From Escherichia coli (GTDB lineage: Bacteria; Pseudomonadota; Gammaproteobacteria; Enterobacterales; Enterobacteriaceae), in NCBI RefSeq assembly GCF_003334815.1, contig NZ_QOWO01000016.1: a stretch of 64,000 nucleotides of DNA; one strand, given 5' to 3'. Under the pieces are notes generated by a model that worked only from the letters and a program-made list of their open reading frames with translations, searched no databases and was not told where the DNA came from. Both the position numbers and the translations under genes were made by a program. Below, piece after piece: positions 51,105-60,473 of the stretch; position 1 is the stretch's first letter, and each line of letters starts with the position of its first letter.

Positions 51105-52042
51105 TTATGTTTGATAAAGAGGTTAACTTAGGAGACAACTCAAACGTAGTAAAAACAGAAGGGAATAACAACACAACAATAATAAATAATTTTGATGAGA
51201 AGTTTATAGGTCACGTTGTAAGATCCATGCTTTATGAAAGTATGCCTTCCTTTCAAGAAGAAGCTAGAAAAAAGATAATTGCGTCAACTGATGAATACAT
51301 TAGAGAGCTAATATCTGAGTTAGTAATTCAAAAAACAGATGCAGATACATTAAACCAAAAACTATCAACGCCTGACGTTCAATACTCTCTTTTTGAATCA
51401 GCTAAATGTTTTGCAAAAAATCCAGAAAGAACAGCAAAATCAACTCTGTTAAATTTAGTTGTAAAAAAAATAAATGAATTGGATGGAGATCATGAAGAGC
51501 TTTCCTCTATCGATCTGGCAATAAACGTCGCTACAAAACTTAGCGTAAAGCAAATAAGGTATATATCTTTAATATACTATATTAAAGATATTGTAAAAAT
51601 ATCACAAGATAGTGCCGGCGCTTATTGCATAATAGATCCTTCAAAAGATACAACAGAAGAAGTTGACGATTTCTTTTTATTCCCAAATGATATAAAAAGG
51701 AACAAGCAGGATGTTTATGATCTTTATATCGATCTATATAACAATCAAATGGATGTTGTATTTAAAGATGAAGAGATTGGCCCAGTTGATTATAGTATGC
51801 TTATAGCATTGGGTTGTATCATTCAACCTGCATTCCCTCAGCGAACATTTGTACAAAATGTAAAGAAAAGAACAGGATTAGATTTAAACGACAGCGAACA
51901 AAAATTAAAGCTATCGACATTCATTGAGAAAATAGAAAAAGCTATAGAGATAGATTCTGTCGATTATATAGTATTAACTACGGTTGGTAGACAAATAGCT
52001 AACGCCTATATATCAACAAGAATGAGATTAGTTAACTTATAA
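51101..52042 (+). CDS. Unknown 313 aa protein (second gene of AT-rich cargo operon; candidate defence/exclusion effector)
   Basis: Translationally coupled to the upstream small gene; N-terminus repeats the GDNSNVV...NNN motif; very AT-rich; no motif I recognise. Confidence 0.5.
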   Translation: MIMFDKEVNLGDNSNVVKTEGNNNTTIINNFDEKFIGHVVRSMLYESMPSFQEEARKKIIASTDEYIRELISELVIQKTDADTLNQKLSTPDVQYSLFESAKCFAKNPERTAKSTLLNLVVKKINELDGDHEELSSIDLAINVATKLSVKQIRYISLIYYIKDIVKISQDSAGAYCIIDPSKDTTEEVDDFFLFPNDIKRNKQDVYDLYIDLYNNQMDVVFKDEEIGPVDYSMLIALGCIIQPAFPQRTFVQNVKKRTGLDLNDSEQKLKLSTFIEKIEKAIEIDSVDYIVLTTVGRQIANAYISTRMRLVNL

Positions 52043-52104
52043 ATATCTCATATTTCTTCATCCAAGGTGGTGGCTTCATCATCCACCGCCTTCTTTTCTG
52101 CTCT

Positions 52105-52215
52105 TAAGAGTAGTGAACAAACCACTCGTCAGCAAACTCCCAAGTATCTTTCAGAGTCTCCTGAACAAAAGCCTTAGCAGAATCCTTATCTGCGGTGTAC
52201 GTAACAGGAAAATCA
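52105..52215 (-). pseudogene. DinI-like 3' fragment
   Basis: Minus-strand translation ...[30 protein letters not shown] matches the DinI C-terminus; no N-terminal part or start. Confidence 0.45.
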
Positions 52216-52445
52216 TCGCTATGGTAGCTTTGACGCTCACCCCCATACCATAAAATATCAAGAGATTACGACTCATTTCCCCATGACTCTTCACCAACCA
52301 ACAGTTCTATCAACATAAGATGTAAACTCATAAACTAAGCAAGATAAAAAAATTAACAGAATTTTGTTGATTTCATGTCTGTGGAGTGTTAACTTAAAAT
52401 GAGACCTGAAGTACTGAAGGTCTTTGACACACTGGAGAAGCAACT

Positions 52446-52805
52446 ATGTTAACGCCGTTTGGTAAGACAGTAAGAAAAATGCGCATAGACTTGGGGCTTA
52501 CGCTTAAAAGCATGGCTGAGGCTATGGGCATGACCTCGTCTTATCTTTCAGCGATCGAAACTGGTAAAAGGGCGGTCACTAAGCCCGTGCTTGATAGCAT
52601 CATTAGCTATTTTAATGCGGATGAAAAACAAAAAGAAAAGCTTATCAGTGCAGCTCGTGACTCTCAGCAGTCAGTAGAGATCAGCTTGTCAGGTAAGAAT
52701 GGCCACGCTCGTGAAGTCGCAATTGCGTTCGCTCGTAGTTTTGATGAATTAAATGAAGAAGACTTCCGTAATTTACGACAGATTTTGAATCGAAAACAGC
52801 AGTAG
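52446..52805 (+). CDS. XRE-family HTH regulator
   Basis: 119 aa with N-terminal HTH (LTLKSMAEAMGMTSSYLSAIETGKR); directly upstream of and coupled to the ImmA-like gene. Confidence 0.65.
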   Translation: MLTPFGKTVRKMRIDLGLTLKSMAEAMGMTSSYLSAIETGKRAVTKPVLDSIISYFNADEKQKEKLISAARDSQQSVEISLSGKNGHAREVAIAFARSFDELNEEDFRNLRQILNRKQQ

Positions 52806-52813
52806 GAGGCGGC

Positions 52814-53335
52814 TTGAGCGGACAAGATTATCGTGTACCTCCGCAGAATCGTGAATCAATACGTTCTATCGTCACATCTCTGCGGAGCGCATTTGGTATT
52901 ACTGGGCTTAAATTCCCTGTAATGGAGGTAATTGAGTTCGCATTGCCTCAGTTGATCCCGGATTTTGAGTTCCACATTGGTGGCATGAAAGAAATGGGAG
53001 AAACGCATGGTCTTACGTACCCACAGGAACATTTATTGATTCTGCGCGAAGACATTTACGAAGGCGCTTTGAATGGGGTAGGGCGAGATAGGATGACTGC
53101 CGCGCATGAATTGGGTCATCTTCTTATGCACAGGAACATCGCATTTGCTCGTTCTGCCCCAGGGGTAAAAATCCGCCCTTTTGAGAGTAGTGAATGGCAA
53201 GCTAAATGTTTTAGTGGTGAGTTATTAGTGCCGGCTATGCATGTCAGTATTTTAAAAGGTATGACGGCTGAGGATGTTGCTAAGGCATGCGGAGTTTCAT
53301 TAGTGGCAGCGCGTTATCAGCTAGACAGAATGTAA
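52814..53335 (+). CDS. ImmA/IrrE-family zinc metallopeptidase
   Basis: 173 aa with HEXXH motif (AAHELGHLLMH); TTG start with AGGAGG 5 nt upstream. Confidence 0.7.
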   Translation: MSGQDYRVPPQNRESIRSIVTSLRSAFGITGLKFPVMEVIEFALPQLIPDFEFHIGGMKEMGETHGLTYPQEHLLILREDIYEGALNGVGRDRMTAAHELGHLLMHRNIAFARSAPGVKIRPFESSEWQAKCFSGELLVPAMHVSILKGMTAEDVAKACGVSLVAARYQLDRM

Positions 53336-53338
53336 AAA

Positions 53339-53374
53339 CCCCTTGCTTGGCGCCAACCAGTGCAAGGGGCTTTA
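53339..53374 (+). terminator. Putative terminator after the HTH-ImmA operon
   Basis: Hairpin CCCCTTGC...GCAAGGGG followed by a short T-run. Confidence 0.4.
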
Positions 53375-53488
53375 GGTGATGAATCCAAGAGGCATCACCA
53401 CCGTGAACAGCTTCGATAGACAGCCTGAAATTAACACCTTCAGGGAAGATGTTCAAGGGAAAAATCTCTCTTGGTAAGGAGGTGTTTT

Positions 53489-53592
53489 ATGAATGGGTTT
53501 GAAATCAATTGCTTCAAAAGCGGCGCCCAAAGGGTTCCGTTGGGTTTTCTGCCGTTACCGCAAGGTGCGTGGGAAATCAAAAAAAGTCCTTG
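53489..53592 (+). CDS. Candidate small ORF (34 aa) with strong SD
   Basis: TAAGGAGGTG 7 nt before ATG; encodes MNGFEINCFKSGAQRVPLGFLPLPQGAWEIKKSP; followed by a strong terminator. Below the ORF-track cutoff; speculative. Confidence 0.25.
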
Positions 53593-53654
53593 ATGCTCAT
53601 GATTACGGGTACGAGGCGTGGGCATTTTTAGTGCGCTGCTAAGGGTTAGTATTT

Positions 53655-53679
53655 AAGGCACCTGCGGGTGCCTTTTTTG
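53655..53679 (+). terminator. Intrinsic terminator
   Basis: AGGCACC-tgcg-GGTGCCT stem followed by TTTTTT. Confidence 0.6.
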
Positions 53680-53880
53680 TATCCTCTGACCCGATTGGTG
53701 TCTTGCTGAGCCTGATAACTACCAATTTTTGTTATTACTATTCTACTATCGCTCAATCATGATTGGCGGGAGTTGAAACCGCAGGCACGTCGTATGCAAG
53801 AACGTGCTGCGGCTGGCTGGTGAACTTCCGATAGTGCGAGTATTGAATGATTTCCAGCCGTTACAGATTTTACGTGCTAA

Positions 53881-54129
53881 TTAGTGAACAAACCACTCGT
53901 CAGCAGACTCCCAGGTATCTTTCAGAGTTTCCTGAACAAAAGTTTTAGCTGAATCTTTATCGGCGGTGCGCGTAACAGAAAGGCCATCGTTGCTGGTGGC
54001 TTTTACGATCACCTCTACATCGTCATAACGCTTACTGATGCGTCGAGTTAATTCTTCCTTTAACGCATCCACAGCACCGTTTGGCATTTTAGTCATTTTC
54101 TCTTTAGCTATGCAGATCTCAATACGCAT
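53881..54129 (-). CDS. dinI: DinI-like protein (RecA coprotease modulator)
   Basis: 82 aa; [11 protein letters not shown] ... [17 protein letters not shown] resembles DinI over its whole length. Confidence 0.75.
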   Translation of the reverse strand: MRIEICIAKEKMTKMPNGAVDALKEELTRRISKRYDDVEVIVKATSNDGLSVTRTADKDSAKTFVQETLKDTWESADEWFVH

Positions 54130-54348
54130 AAAAATCCCTCTACACTGTGTTTGTATACAGTGTTATTTTTAACTGTATAAATAAACAGTGTCAATGGAAC
54201 AAAGATTGCTGCATGTACAAATGTTCTTTGGCTACAAATACACCTACTGATCATGTTCTGCTATGCTCTGATACCTCCAAAATGTACAATCAGCGGCATG
54301 AATTTTTCTTTGTACATATGATTGTACATAATTAAAGAGACAACAATT

Positions 54349-55935
54349 ATGACAAGCCTTTTGGCCGCAGAGGTAGCGAAAAGAAGAACCTTTGCAATTA
54401 TTTCTCACCCGGACGCCGGTAAAACTACCATCACCGAGAAGGTGCTGCTGTTCGGACAGGCCATTCAGACCGCCGGTACAGTAAAAGGCCGTGGCTCTAA
54501 CCAGCACGCTAAGTCGGACTGGATGGAGATGGAAAAGCAGCGTGGGATCTCCATTACCACGTCTGTGATGCAGTTTCCGTATCACGACTGCCTGGTTAAC
54601 CTGCTCGACACCCCGGGGCACGAAGACTTCTCGGAAGATACCTATCGTACCCTGACGGCGGTGGACTGCTGCCTGATGGTTATCGACGCTGCAAAAGGTG
54701 TTGAAGATCGTACCCGCAAGCTGATGGAAGTTACCCGTCTGCGCGACACGCCGATCCTCACCTTTATGAACAAACTTGACCGTGATATCCGCGACCCGAT
54801 GGAGCTGCTCGATGAAGTTGAGAACGAGCTGAAAATCGGCTGTGCACCGATCACCTGGCCGATTGGCTGCGGCAAGCTGTTTAAAGGCGTTTACCACCTT
54901 TATAAAGATGAAACCTATCTCTATCAGAGCGGTAAAGGCCACACCATTCAGGAAGTCCGCATTGTTAAAGGGCTGAATAACCCGGATCTCGACGCTGCGG
55001 TTGGTGAAGATCTGGCGCAGCAGCTGCGTGATGAACTGGAGCTGGTGAAAGGCGCGTCTAACGAGTTCGACAAAGAATTGTTCCTTGCGGGCGAAATCAC
55101 TCCGGTATTCTTCGGTACTGCGCTGGGTAACTTCGGCGTTGATCATATGCTGGATGGCCTGGTGGAGTGGGCACCTGCGCCGATGCCGCGTCAGACTGAT
55201 ACCCGTACTGTAGAAGCGAGCGAAGACAAATTTACCGGCTTCGTATTTAAAATTCAGGCCAACATGGACCCGAAACACCGTGACCGCGTGGCGTTTATGC
55301 GCGTGGTATCCGGTAAATATGAAAAAGGCATGAAGCTGCGCCAGGTGCGCACTGCGAAAGATGTGGTGATCTCCGACGCGCTGACCTTTATGGCGGGCGA
55401 CCGTTCGCACGTTGAAGAAGCGTATCCGGGCGATATCCTCGGCCTGCATAACCACGGCACTATTCAGATCGGCGACACCTTTACCCAGGGTGAGATGATG
55501 AAGTTCACTGGTATTCCGAACTTCGCGCCGGAACTGTTCCGTCGTATCCGCCTGAAAGATCCGCTGAAGCAAAAACAGCTGCTCAAAGGGCTGGTACAGC
55601 TTTCCGAAGAGGGCGCGGTGCAGGTGTTCCGTCCGATCTCCAACAACGACCTGATCGTTGGTGCAGTTGGTGTGCTGCAGTTTGATGTGGTGGTATCGCG
55701 CCTGAAGAGCGAATACAACGTTGAAGCAGTGTATGAGTCAGTCAACGTTGCCACTGCCCGCTGGGTAGAATGTGCGGACGCGAAGAAATTCGAAGAGTTC
55801 AAGCGTAAGAACGAAAGCCAACTGGCGCTTGATGGCGGCGATAACCTCGCTTACATCGCTACCAGCATGGTAAACCTGCGCCTGGCGCAGGAACGTTATC
55901 CGGACGTTCAGTTCCACCAGACCCGCGAGCATTAA
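54349..55935 (+). CDS. prfC: Peptide chain release factor 3 (with phage-derived 5' end)
   Basis: 529 aa translational GTPase ([13 protein letters not shown]1 motif); first ~17 codons differ from the attL remnant; att core lies within codons 20-24. Confidence 0.9.
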
Positions 55936-56327
55936 TTCTTGCCTCCAGGGCGCGGTAGCCGCTGCGCCCTGTCAATTTCCCTTCCTTATTAGCCGCTTAC
56001 GGAATGTTCTTAAAACATTCACTTTTGCTTATGTTTTAGCTGATATCCCGAGCGGTTTCAAAATTGTGATCTATATTTAACAAAGTAATGACATTTCTGA
56101 CGGCGTTAAATACCGTTCAATGCGTAGATATCAGTATCTAAAGCCGTCGATTGTCATTCTACCGATATTAATAACTGATTCAGAGGCTGTAATGGTCGTT
56201 ATTCATCACCCATCGCTTTTGTGATGGCGGCCATTGACTTCTGTAGAGGGTGAAGTCTCTCCCTATTCAGCAATGCAACCTCGTGTTGCCAGGCTCAAAT
56301 TATGAGCAAACATACAGGAATAAATCG

Positions 56328-56933
56328 ATGACTATGACAAGACTGAAGATTTCGAAAACTCTGCTGGCTGTAATGTTGACCTCTGCCGTCGCGACCGGCT
56401 CTGCCTACGCGGAAAACAACGCGCAGACTACCAATGAAAGCGCAGGGCAAAAAGTCGATAGCTCTATGAATAAAGTCGGTAATTTCATGGATGACAGCGC
56501 CATCACCGCGAAAGTGAAGGCGGCCCTGGTGGATCATGACAACATCAAGAGCACCGATATCTCTGTCAAAACCGATCAAAAAGTCGTGACCCTGAGCGGT
56601 TTCGTTGAAAGCCAGGCTCAGGCCGAAGAGGCAGTGAAAGTGGCCAAAGGCGTTGAAGGCGTGACCTCTGTCAGCGACAAACTGCACGTTCGCGACGCTA
56701 AAGAAGGCTCTGTGAAGGGCTACGCGGGTGACACCGCCACCACCAGTGAAATCAAAGCCAAACTGCTGGCGGACGATATCGTTCCTTCACGTAAAGTGAA
56801 AGTTGAAACCACCGATGGTGTGGTTCAGCTCTCCGGTACCGTAGATTCTCAGGCACAAAGTGACCGTGCTGAAAGTATCGCCAAAGCGGTAGATGGTGTG
56901 AAAAGCGTTAAAAATGATCTGAAAACTAAGTAA
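56328..56933 (+). CDS. osmY: Osmotically inducible periplasmic protein OsmY
   Basis: About 201 aa from MTMTRLKIS; signal peptide plus two BON domains. Confidence 0.85.
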   Translation: MTMTRLKISKTLLAVMLTSAVATGSAYAENNAQTTNESAGQKVDSSMNKVGNFMDDSAITAKVKAALVDHDNIKSTDISVKTDQKVVTLSGFVESQAQAEEAVKVAKGVEGVTSVSDKLHVRDAKEGSVKGYAGDTATTSEIKAKLLADDIVPSRKVKVETTDGVVQLSGTVDSQAQSDRAESIAKAVDGVKSVKNDLKTK

Positions 56934-57059
56934 TTCGTCGTAATTCGTCCTCCCGAACTTTGTCGGGAGGCGCGATGTGCACCACACTAAAAATATCGCA
57001 TTGAGTGATTTTCACGCTCATATCAAGCGGTGACATTAACTATGGTAAAGGAGACGCTT

Positions 57060-57221
57060 ATGTTTCGTTGGGGCATCATATTTCTGGTTATCGCGTTAAT
57101 CGCCGCCGCACTTGGGTTTGGTGGTCTGGCCGGTACCGCTGCAGGCGCAGCTAAAATTGTCTTTGTCGTCGGGATTATTCTGTTCCTGGTGAGTTTGTTC
57201 ATGGGCCGAAAACGACCCTAG
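57060..57221 (+). CDS. ytjA: Small membrane protein YtjA (DUF1328)
   Basis: About 53 aa hydrophobic protein ([22 protein letters not shown]...). Confidence 0.6.
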
Positions 57222-57342
57222 ATTTCAGACCATTAAGAAAATTTTATCCAAAGCCAGTCCAGCGGACTGGCTTTTGTGGTTTTAGCGAATAATAAATTGC
57301 GTTACTTTGTCATTCTTTCACAACAAAAACAGGAAGGCAGAG

Positions 57343-58416
57343 GTGGGGCAGCGAATACCTGTAACGCTTGGTAATATTGCGCCGTTGTCGCTAAGGCCGT
57401 TCCAGCCTGGACGAATAGCTCTGGTGTGCGAAGGCGGCGGACAGCGTGGAATTTTCACGGCTGGCGTGCTGGATGAGTTTATGCGCGCGCAGTTTAATCC
57501 TTTCGATCTTTATCTCGGCACATCTGCCGGGGCGCAGAACCTCTCGGCGTTTATCTGCAATCAGCCCGGTTACGCGCGCAAAGTCATCATGCGCTATACC
57601 ACAAAACGCGAATTTTTCGATCCATTGCGCTTTGTCCGTGGAGGAAATCTTATCGATCTCGACTGGCTGGTGGAGGCCACTGCAAGCCAGATGCCGTTGC
57701 AAATGGATACCGCCGCGCGGTTGTTTGACAGCGGCAAATCGTTTTATATGTGCGCCTGTCGTCAGGATGACTACGCGCCGAATTACTTTTTACCAACCAA
57801 ACAAAACTGGCTGGATGTGATTCGCGCCTCCAGTGCGATACCTGGCTTTTATCGTAGCGGAGTGTCGCTGGAAGGCATTAACTACCTGGATGGCGGGATC
57901 AGTGATGCGATTCCGGTTAAAGAGGCGGCAAGGCAGGGTGCTAAAACGTTGGTCGTCATTCGCACTGTGCCGTCACAAATGTACTACACGCCGCAGTGGT
58001 TCAAACGCATGGAACGCTGGCTGGGTGACAGTAGCCTGCAGCCGCTGGTCAATCTGGTGCAGCATCATGAAACCAGCTATCGTGACATTCAGCAATTTAT
58101 TGAGAAACCACCGGGCAAGCTGCGGATATTCGAAATTTATCCACCGAAGCCATTACATAGTATCGCGCTTGGCAGTCGGATTCCGGCGCTGCGTGAAGAC
58201 TATAAACTTGGGCGTTTATGCGGTCGTTATTTCCTCGCCACGGTTGGCAAGCTATTAACTGAAAAAGCGCCGCTTACCCGCCATCTGGTGCCAGTGGTGA
58301 CGCCGGAATCGATTGTCATTCCGCCTGCGCCAGTCGCCAACGATACGCTGGTTGCCGAAGTGATTGACGCTCCGCAGGCGAACGACCCGACATTTAACAA
58401 TGAGGATCTGGCTTGA
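57343..58416 (+). CDS. yjjU: Patatin-like phospholipase YjjU
   Basis: GTG start; patatin motifs GGGQRG and GTSAG. Confidence 0.7.
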   Translation: MGQRIPVTLGNIAPLSLRPFQPGRIALVCEGGGQRGIFTAGVLDEFMRAQFNPFDLYLGTSAGAQNLSAFICNQPGYARKVIMRYTTKREFFDPLRFVRGGNLIDLDWLVEATASQMPLQMDTAARLFDSGKSFYMCACRQDDYAPNYFLPTKQNWLDVIRASSAIPGFYRSGVSLEGINYLDGGISDAIPVKEAARQGAKTLVVIRTVPSQMYYTPQWFKRMERWLGDSSLQPLVNLVQHHETSYRDIQQFIEKPPGKLRIFEIYPPKPLHSIALGSRIPALREDYKLGRLCGRYFLATVGKLLTEKAPLTRHLVPVVTPESIVIPPAPVANDTLVAEVIDAPQANDPTFNNEDLA

Positions 58417-59195
58417 TTTGCCGTTTTATCGACACCCACTGCCATTTTGATTTCCCGCCGTTTAGTGGCGATGAAGAGGCCAGCCTGCAACGCGCGGCAC
58501 AAGCGGGCGTAGGCAAGATCATTGTTCCGGCGACAGAGGCGGAAAATTTTGCCCGTGTGCAGGCGTTAGCGGAAAAATATCAACCGCTGTATGCCGCATT
58601 GGGCTTGCATCCTGGTATGTTGGAAAAACATAGCGATGTGTCTCTTGATCAGCTACAGCAGGCGCTGGAAAGGCGTCCGGCGAAGGTGGTGGCGGTGGGG
58701 GAGATCGGTCTGGATCTCTTCGGCGACGATCCGCAATTTGAGAGGCAGCAGTGGTTACTCGACGAACAACTGAAACTGGCGAAACGCTACGATCTGCCGG
58801 TGATCCTGCATTCACGGCGCACACACGACAAATTGGCGATGCATCTTAAACGCCACGATTTATCGCGCACTGGCGTGGTTCACGGTTTTTCCGGCAGCCT
58901 GCAACAGGCCGAGCGGTTTGTACAGTTGGGCTACAAAATCGGCGTAGGCGGTACTATCACCTATCCACGCGCCAGTAAAACCCGCGATGTCATCGCAAAA
59001 TTACCGCTGGCATCGTTGTTGCTGGAAACCGACGCGCCGGATATGCCGCTCAACGGCTTTCAGGGGCAGCCTAACCGCCCGGAACAGGCTGCACGGGTGT
59101 TTGACGTGCTTTGCGAGTTGCGCCCGGAACCAGAAGATGAGATTGCCGAAGTGTTGCTTAATAATACGTATGCGGTGTTTAGCGTTCGTGGGTAG
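58413..59195 (+). CDS. yjjV: TatD-family metal-dependent hydrolase YjjV
   Basis: 260 aa with TatD motifs (DTHCH ... GEIGLD). Confidence 0.75.
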   Translation: MICRFIDTHCHFDFPPFSGDEEASLQRAAQAGVGKIIVPATEAENFARVQALAEKYQPLYAALGLHPGMLEKHSDVSLDQLQQALERRPAKVVAVGEIGLDLFGDDPQFERQQWLLDEQLKLAKRYDLPVILHSRRTHDKLAMHLKRHDLSRTGVVHGFSGSLQQAERFVQLGYKIGVGGTITYPRASKTRDVIAKLPLASLLLETDAPDMPLNGFQGQPNRPEQAARVFDVLCELRPEPEDEIAEVLLNNTYAVFSVRG

Positions 59196-59199
59196 TTTA

Positions 59200-59600
59200 C
59201 CCTTCGTAGGCAGCATCCGGCAGTCGGCGCATAATGCCTGATGCGACGCTTGTCGCGTCTTATCATGCCTACAGGTTTGTGCCGAACCGTAGGCCGGATA
59301 AGGCGTTCACGCCGCATCCGGCAGTTGGCGCACAATGCCTGATGCGACGCTTGACGCGTCTTATCATGCCTACAAGTCTGTGCCGAACCGTAGGCCGGAT
59401 AAGGCGTTCAGGCCGCATCCGGCAGTTGGCGCACAATGCCTGATGCGACGCTGACGCGTCTTATCATGCCTACAAGTCTGTGCCGAACCGTAGGCCGGAT
59501 AAGGCGTTCACGCCGCATCCGGCAGTCGGCGCATAATGCCTGATGCGACGCTTGTCGCGTCTTATCATGCCTACAAGTCTGTGCCGAACCGTAGGCCGTA
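59200..59600. repeat. REP/BIME cluster (four tandem palindromic units)
   Basis: Four repeats of GCCTGATGCGACGCTTGxCGCGTCTTATCATGCCTACA...GCCGGATAAGGCGTTCACGCCGCATCCGGCAG. Confidence 0.75.
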
Positions 59601-59609
59601 TCCGGCATG

Positions 59610-60473
59610 TCACAAATAGAGCGCCGGAAATATCAACCGGCTCACCCCGCGCACCTTTAACGCATCAGCCAACGGCTCAACGTCTTCCGGCGTGGCGCTC
59701 GCCCAGCTTTGCGCCTCGCCATACACGCCGTGGGCATGAAACGCATTCAGGCGAACCGGAACATCGCCAAGTCTCTTGATAAACGTCGCCAGCTCATCGA
59801 TGTGATGCAAATAATCCACCTGGTCTGGAATTACCAGCAAACGCAGTTCCGCCAGCTTACCGCGCTCTGCCAGCAAACAGATGCTGCGCTTAATCTGCTG
59901 ATTATCGCGTCCGGTTAATTGCTGATGACATTCGCTCCCCCACGCTTTGAGATCGAGCATTGCGCCGTCGCACACCGGGAGTAATTTTTCCCAGCCGGTT
60001 TCGCTCAACATACCGTTACTGTCCACCAGGCAGGTGAGGTGGCGCAGTTGCGGATCGTTTTTGATAGCAGTAAACAGCGCCACTACAAACGGCAGTTGGG
60101 TCGTGGCTTCGCCGCCGCTTACCGTTATCCCTTCAATAAACAGCACCGCTTTGCGGACATGGCTAAGCACTTCGTCCACGCTCATGGATTGCGCCATTGG
60201 CGTGGCATGTTGCGGACACATCTTCAGGCAGGTATCACACTGCTCGCAGACCACAGCGTTCCACAGCACTTTGCCGTCAACAATCTGCAACGCCTGATGC
60301 GGACACTGTGGCACGCACTCTCCGCAATCATTGCAGCGTCCCATCGTCCACGGATTGTGACAGTTTTTGCAGCGCAGATTGCAGCCCTGCAAAAACAGAG
60401 CCAGACGACTGCCTGGCCCGTCAACGCAGGAGAAGGGGATAATCTTACTGACTAAAGCGCATCTGCTGTTCAT
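59610..60473 (-). CDS. yjjW: Glycyl-radical enzyme activating protein YjjW (radical SAM)
   Basis: 287 aa with radical-SAM CxxxCxxC ([10 protein letters not shown]) plus additional ferredoxin-like Cys clusters; overlaps yjjI. Confidence 0.75.
   Translation of the reverse strand: MNSRCALVSKIIPFSCVDGPGSRLALFLQGCNLRCKNCHNPWTMGRCNDCGECVPQCPHQALQIVDGKVLWNAVVCEQCDTCLKMCPQHATPMAQSMSVDEVLSHVRKAVLFIEGITVSGGEATTQLPFVVALFTAIKNDPQLRHLTCLVDSNGMLSETGWEKLLPVCDGAMLDLKAWGSECHQQLTGRDNQQIKRSICLLAERGKLAELRLLVIPDQVDYLHHIDELATFIKRLGDVPVRLNAFHAHGVYGEAQSWASATPEDVEPLADALKVRGVSRLIFPALYL

Larger units (their letters stand above)
12473..54410. mobile_element. Prophage (~42 kb) integrated in the 5' end of prfC
   Basis: Bounded by 14 bp direct repeats ATTATTTCTCACCC (12473..12486 and 54397..54410); contains integrase, CI/Cro, replication, lysis, terminase, head, contractile tail, tail fibre and invertase genes. 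Confidence 0.85.

Noticed and set aside
53440-53625. 61 aa minus-strand ORF in the spacer after the ImmA gene
   Set aside because: No ribosome-binding site, and it is antisense to a plus-strand small ORF that has a near-consensus SD and its own terminator; probably spurious.
54244-55572. 442 aa minus-strand ORF antisense to prfC, and other antisense frames (54642..54875, 55254..55460, 55464..55802)
   Set aside because: Entirely antisense to a highly conserved translation factor gene; classic shadow ORFs.
59200-59780. Regularly spaced repeats that could be mistaken for a CRISPR array, and ORFs predicted across them (58987..59241, 59234..59443, 59408..59608, 59543..59779)
   Set aside because: The repeats are ~100 bp palindromic REP/BIME units (GCCGGATAAGGCG...CGCCGCATCCGGC), not 28-37 bp direct repeats with unique spacers; the ORFs are artefacts of the repeat.
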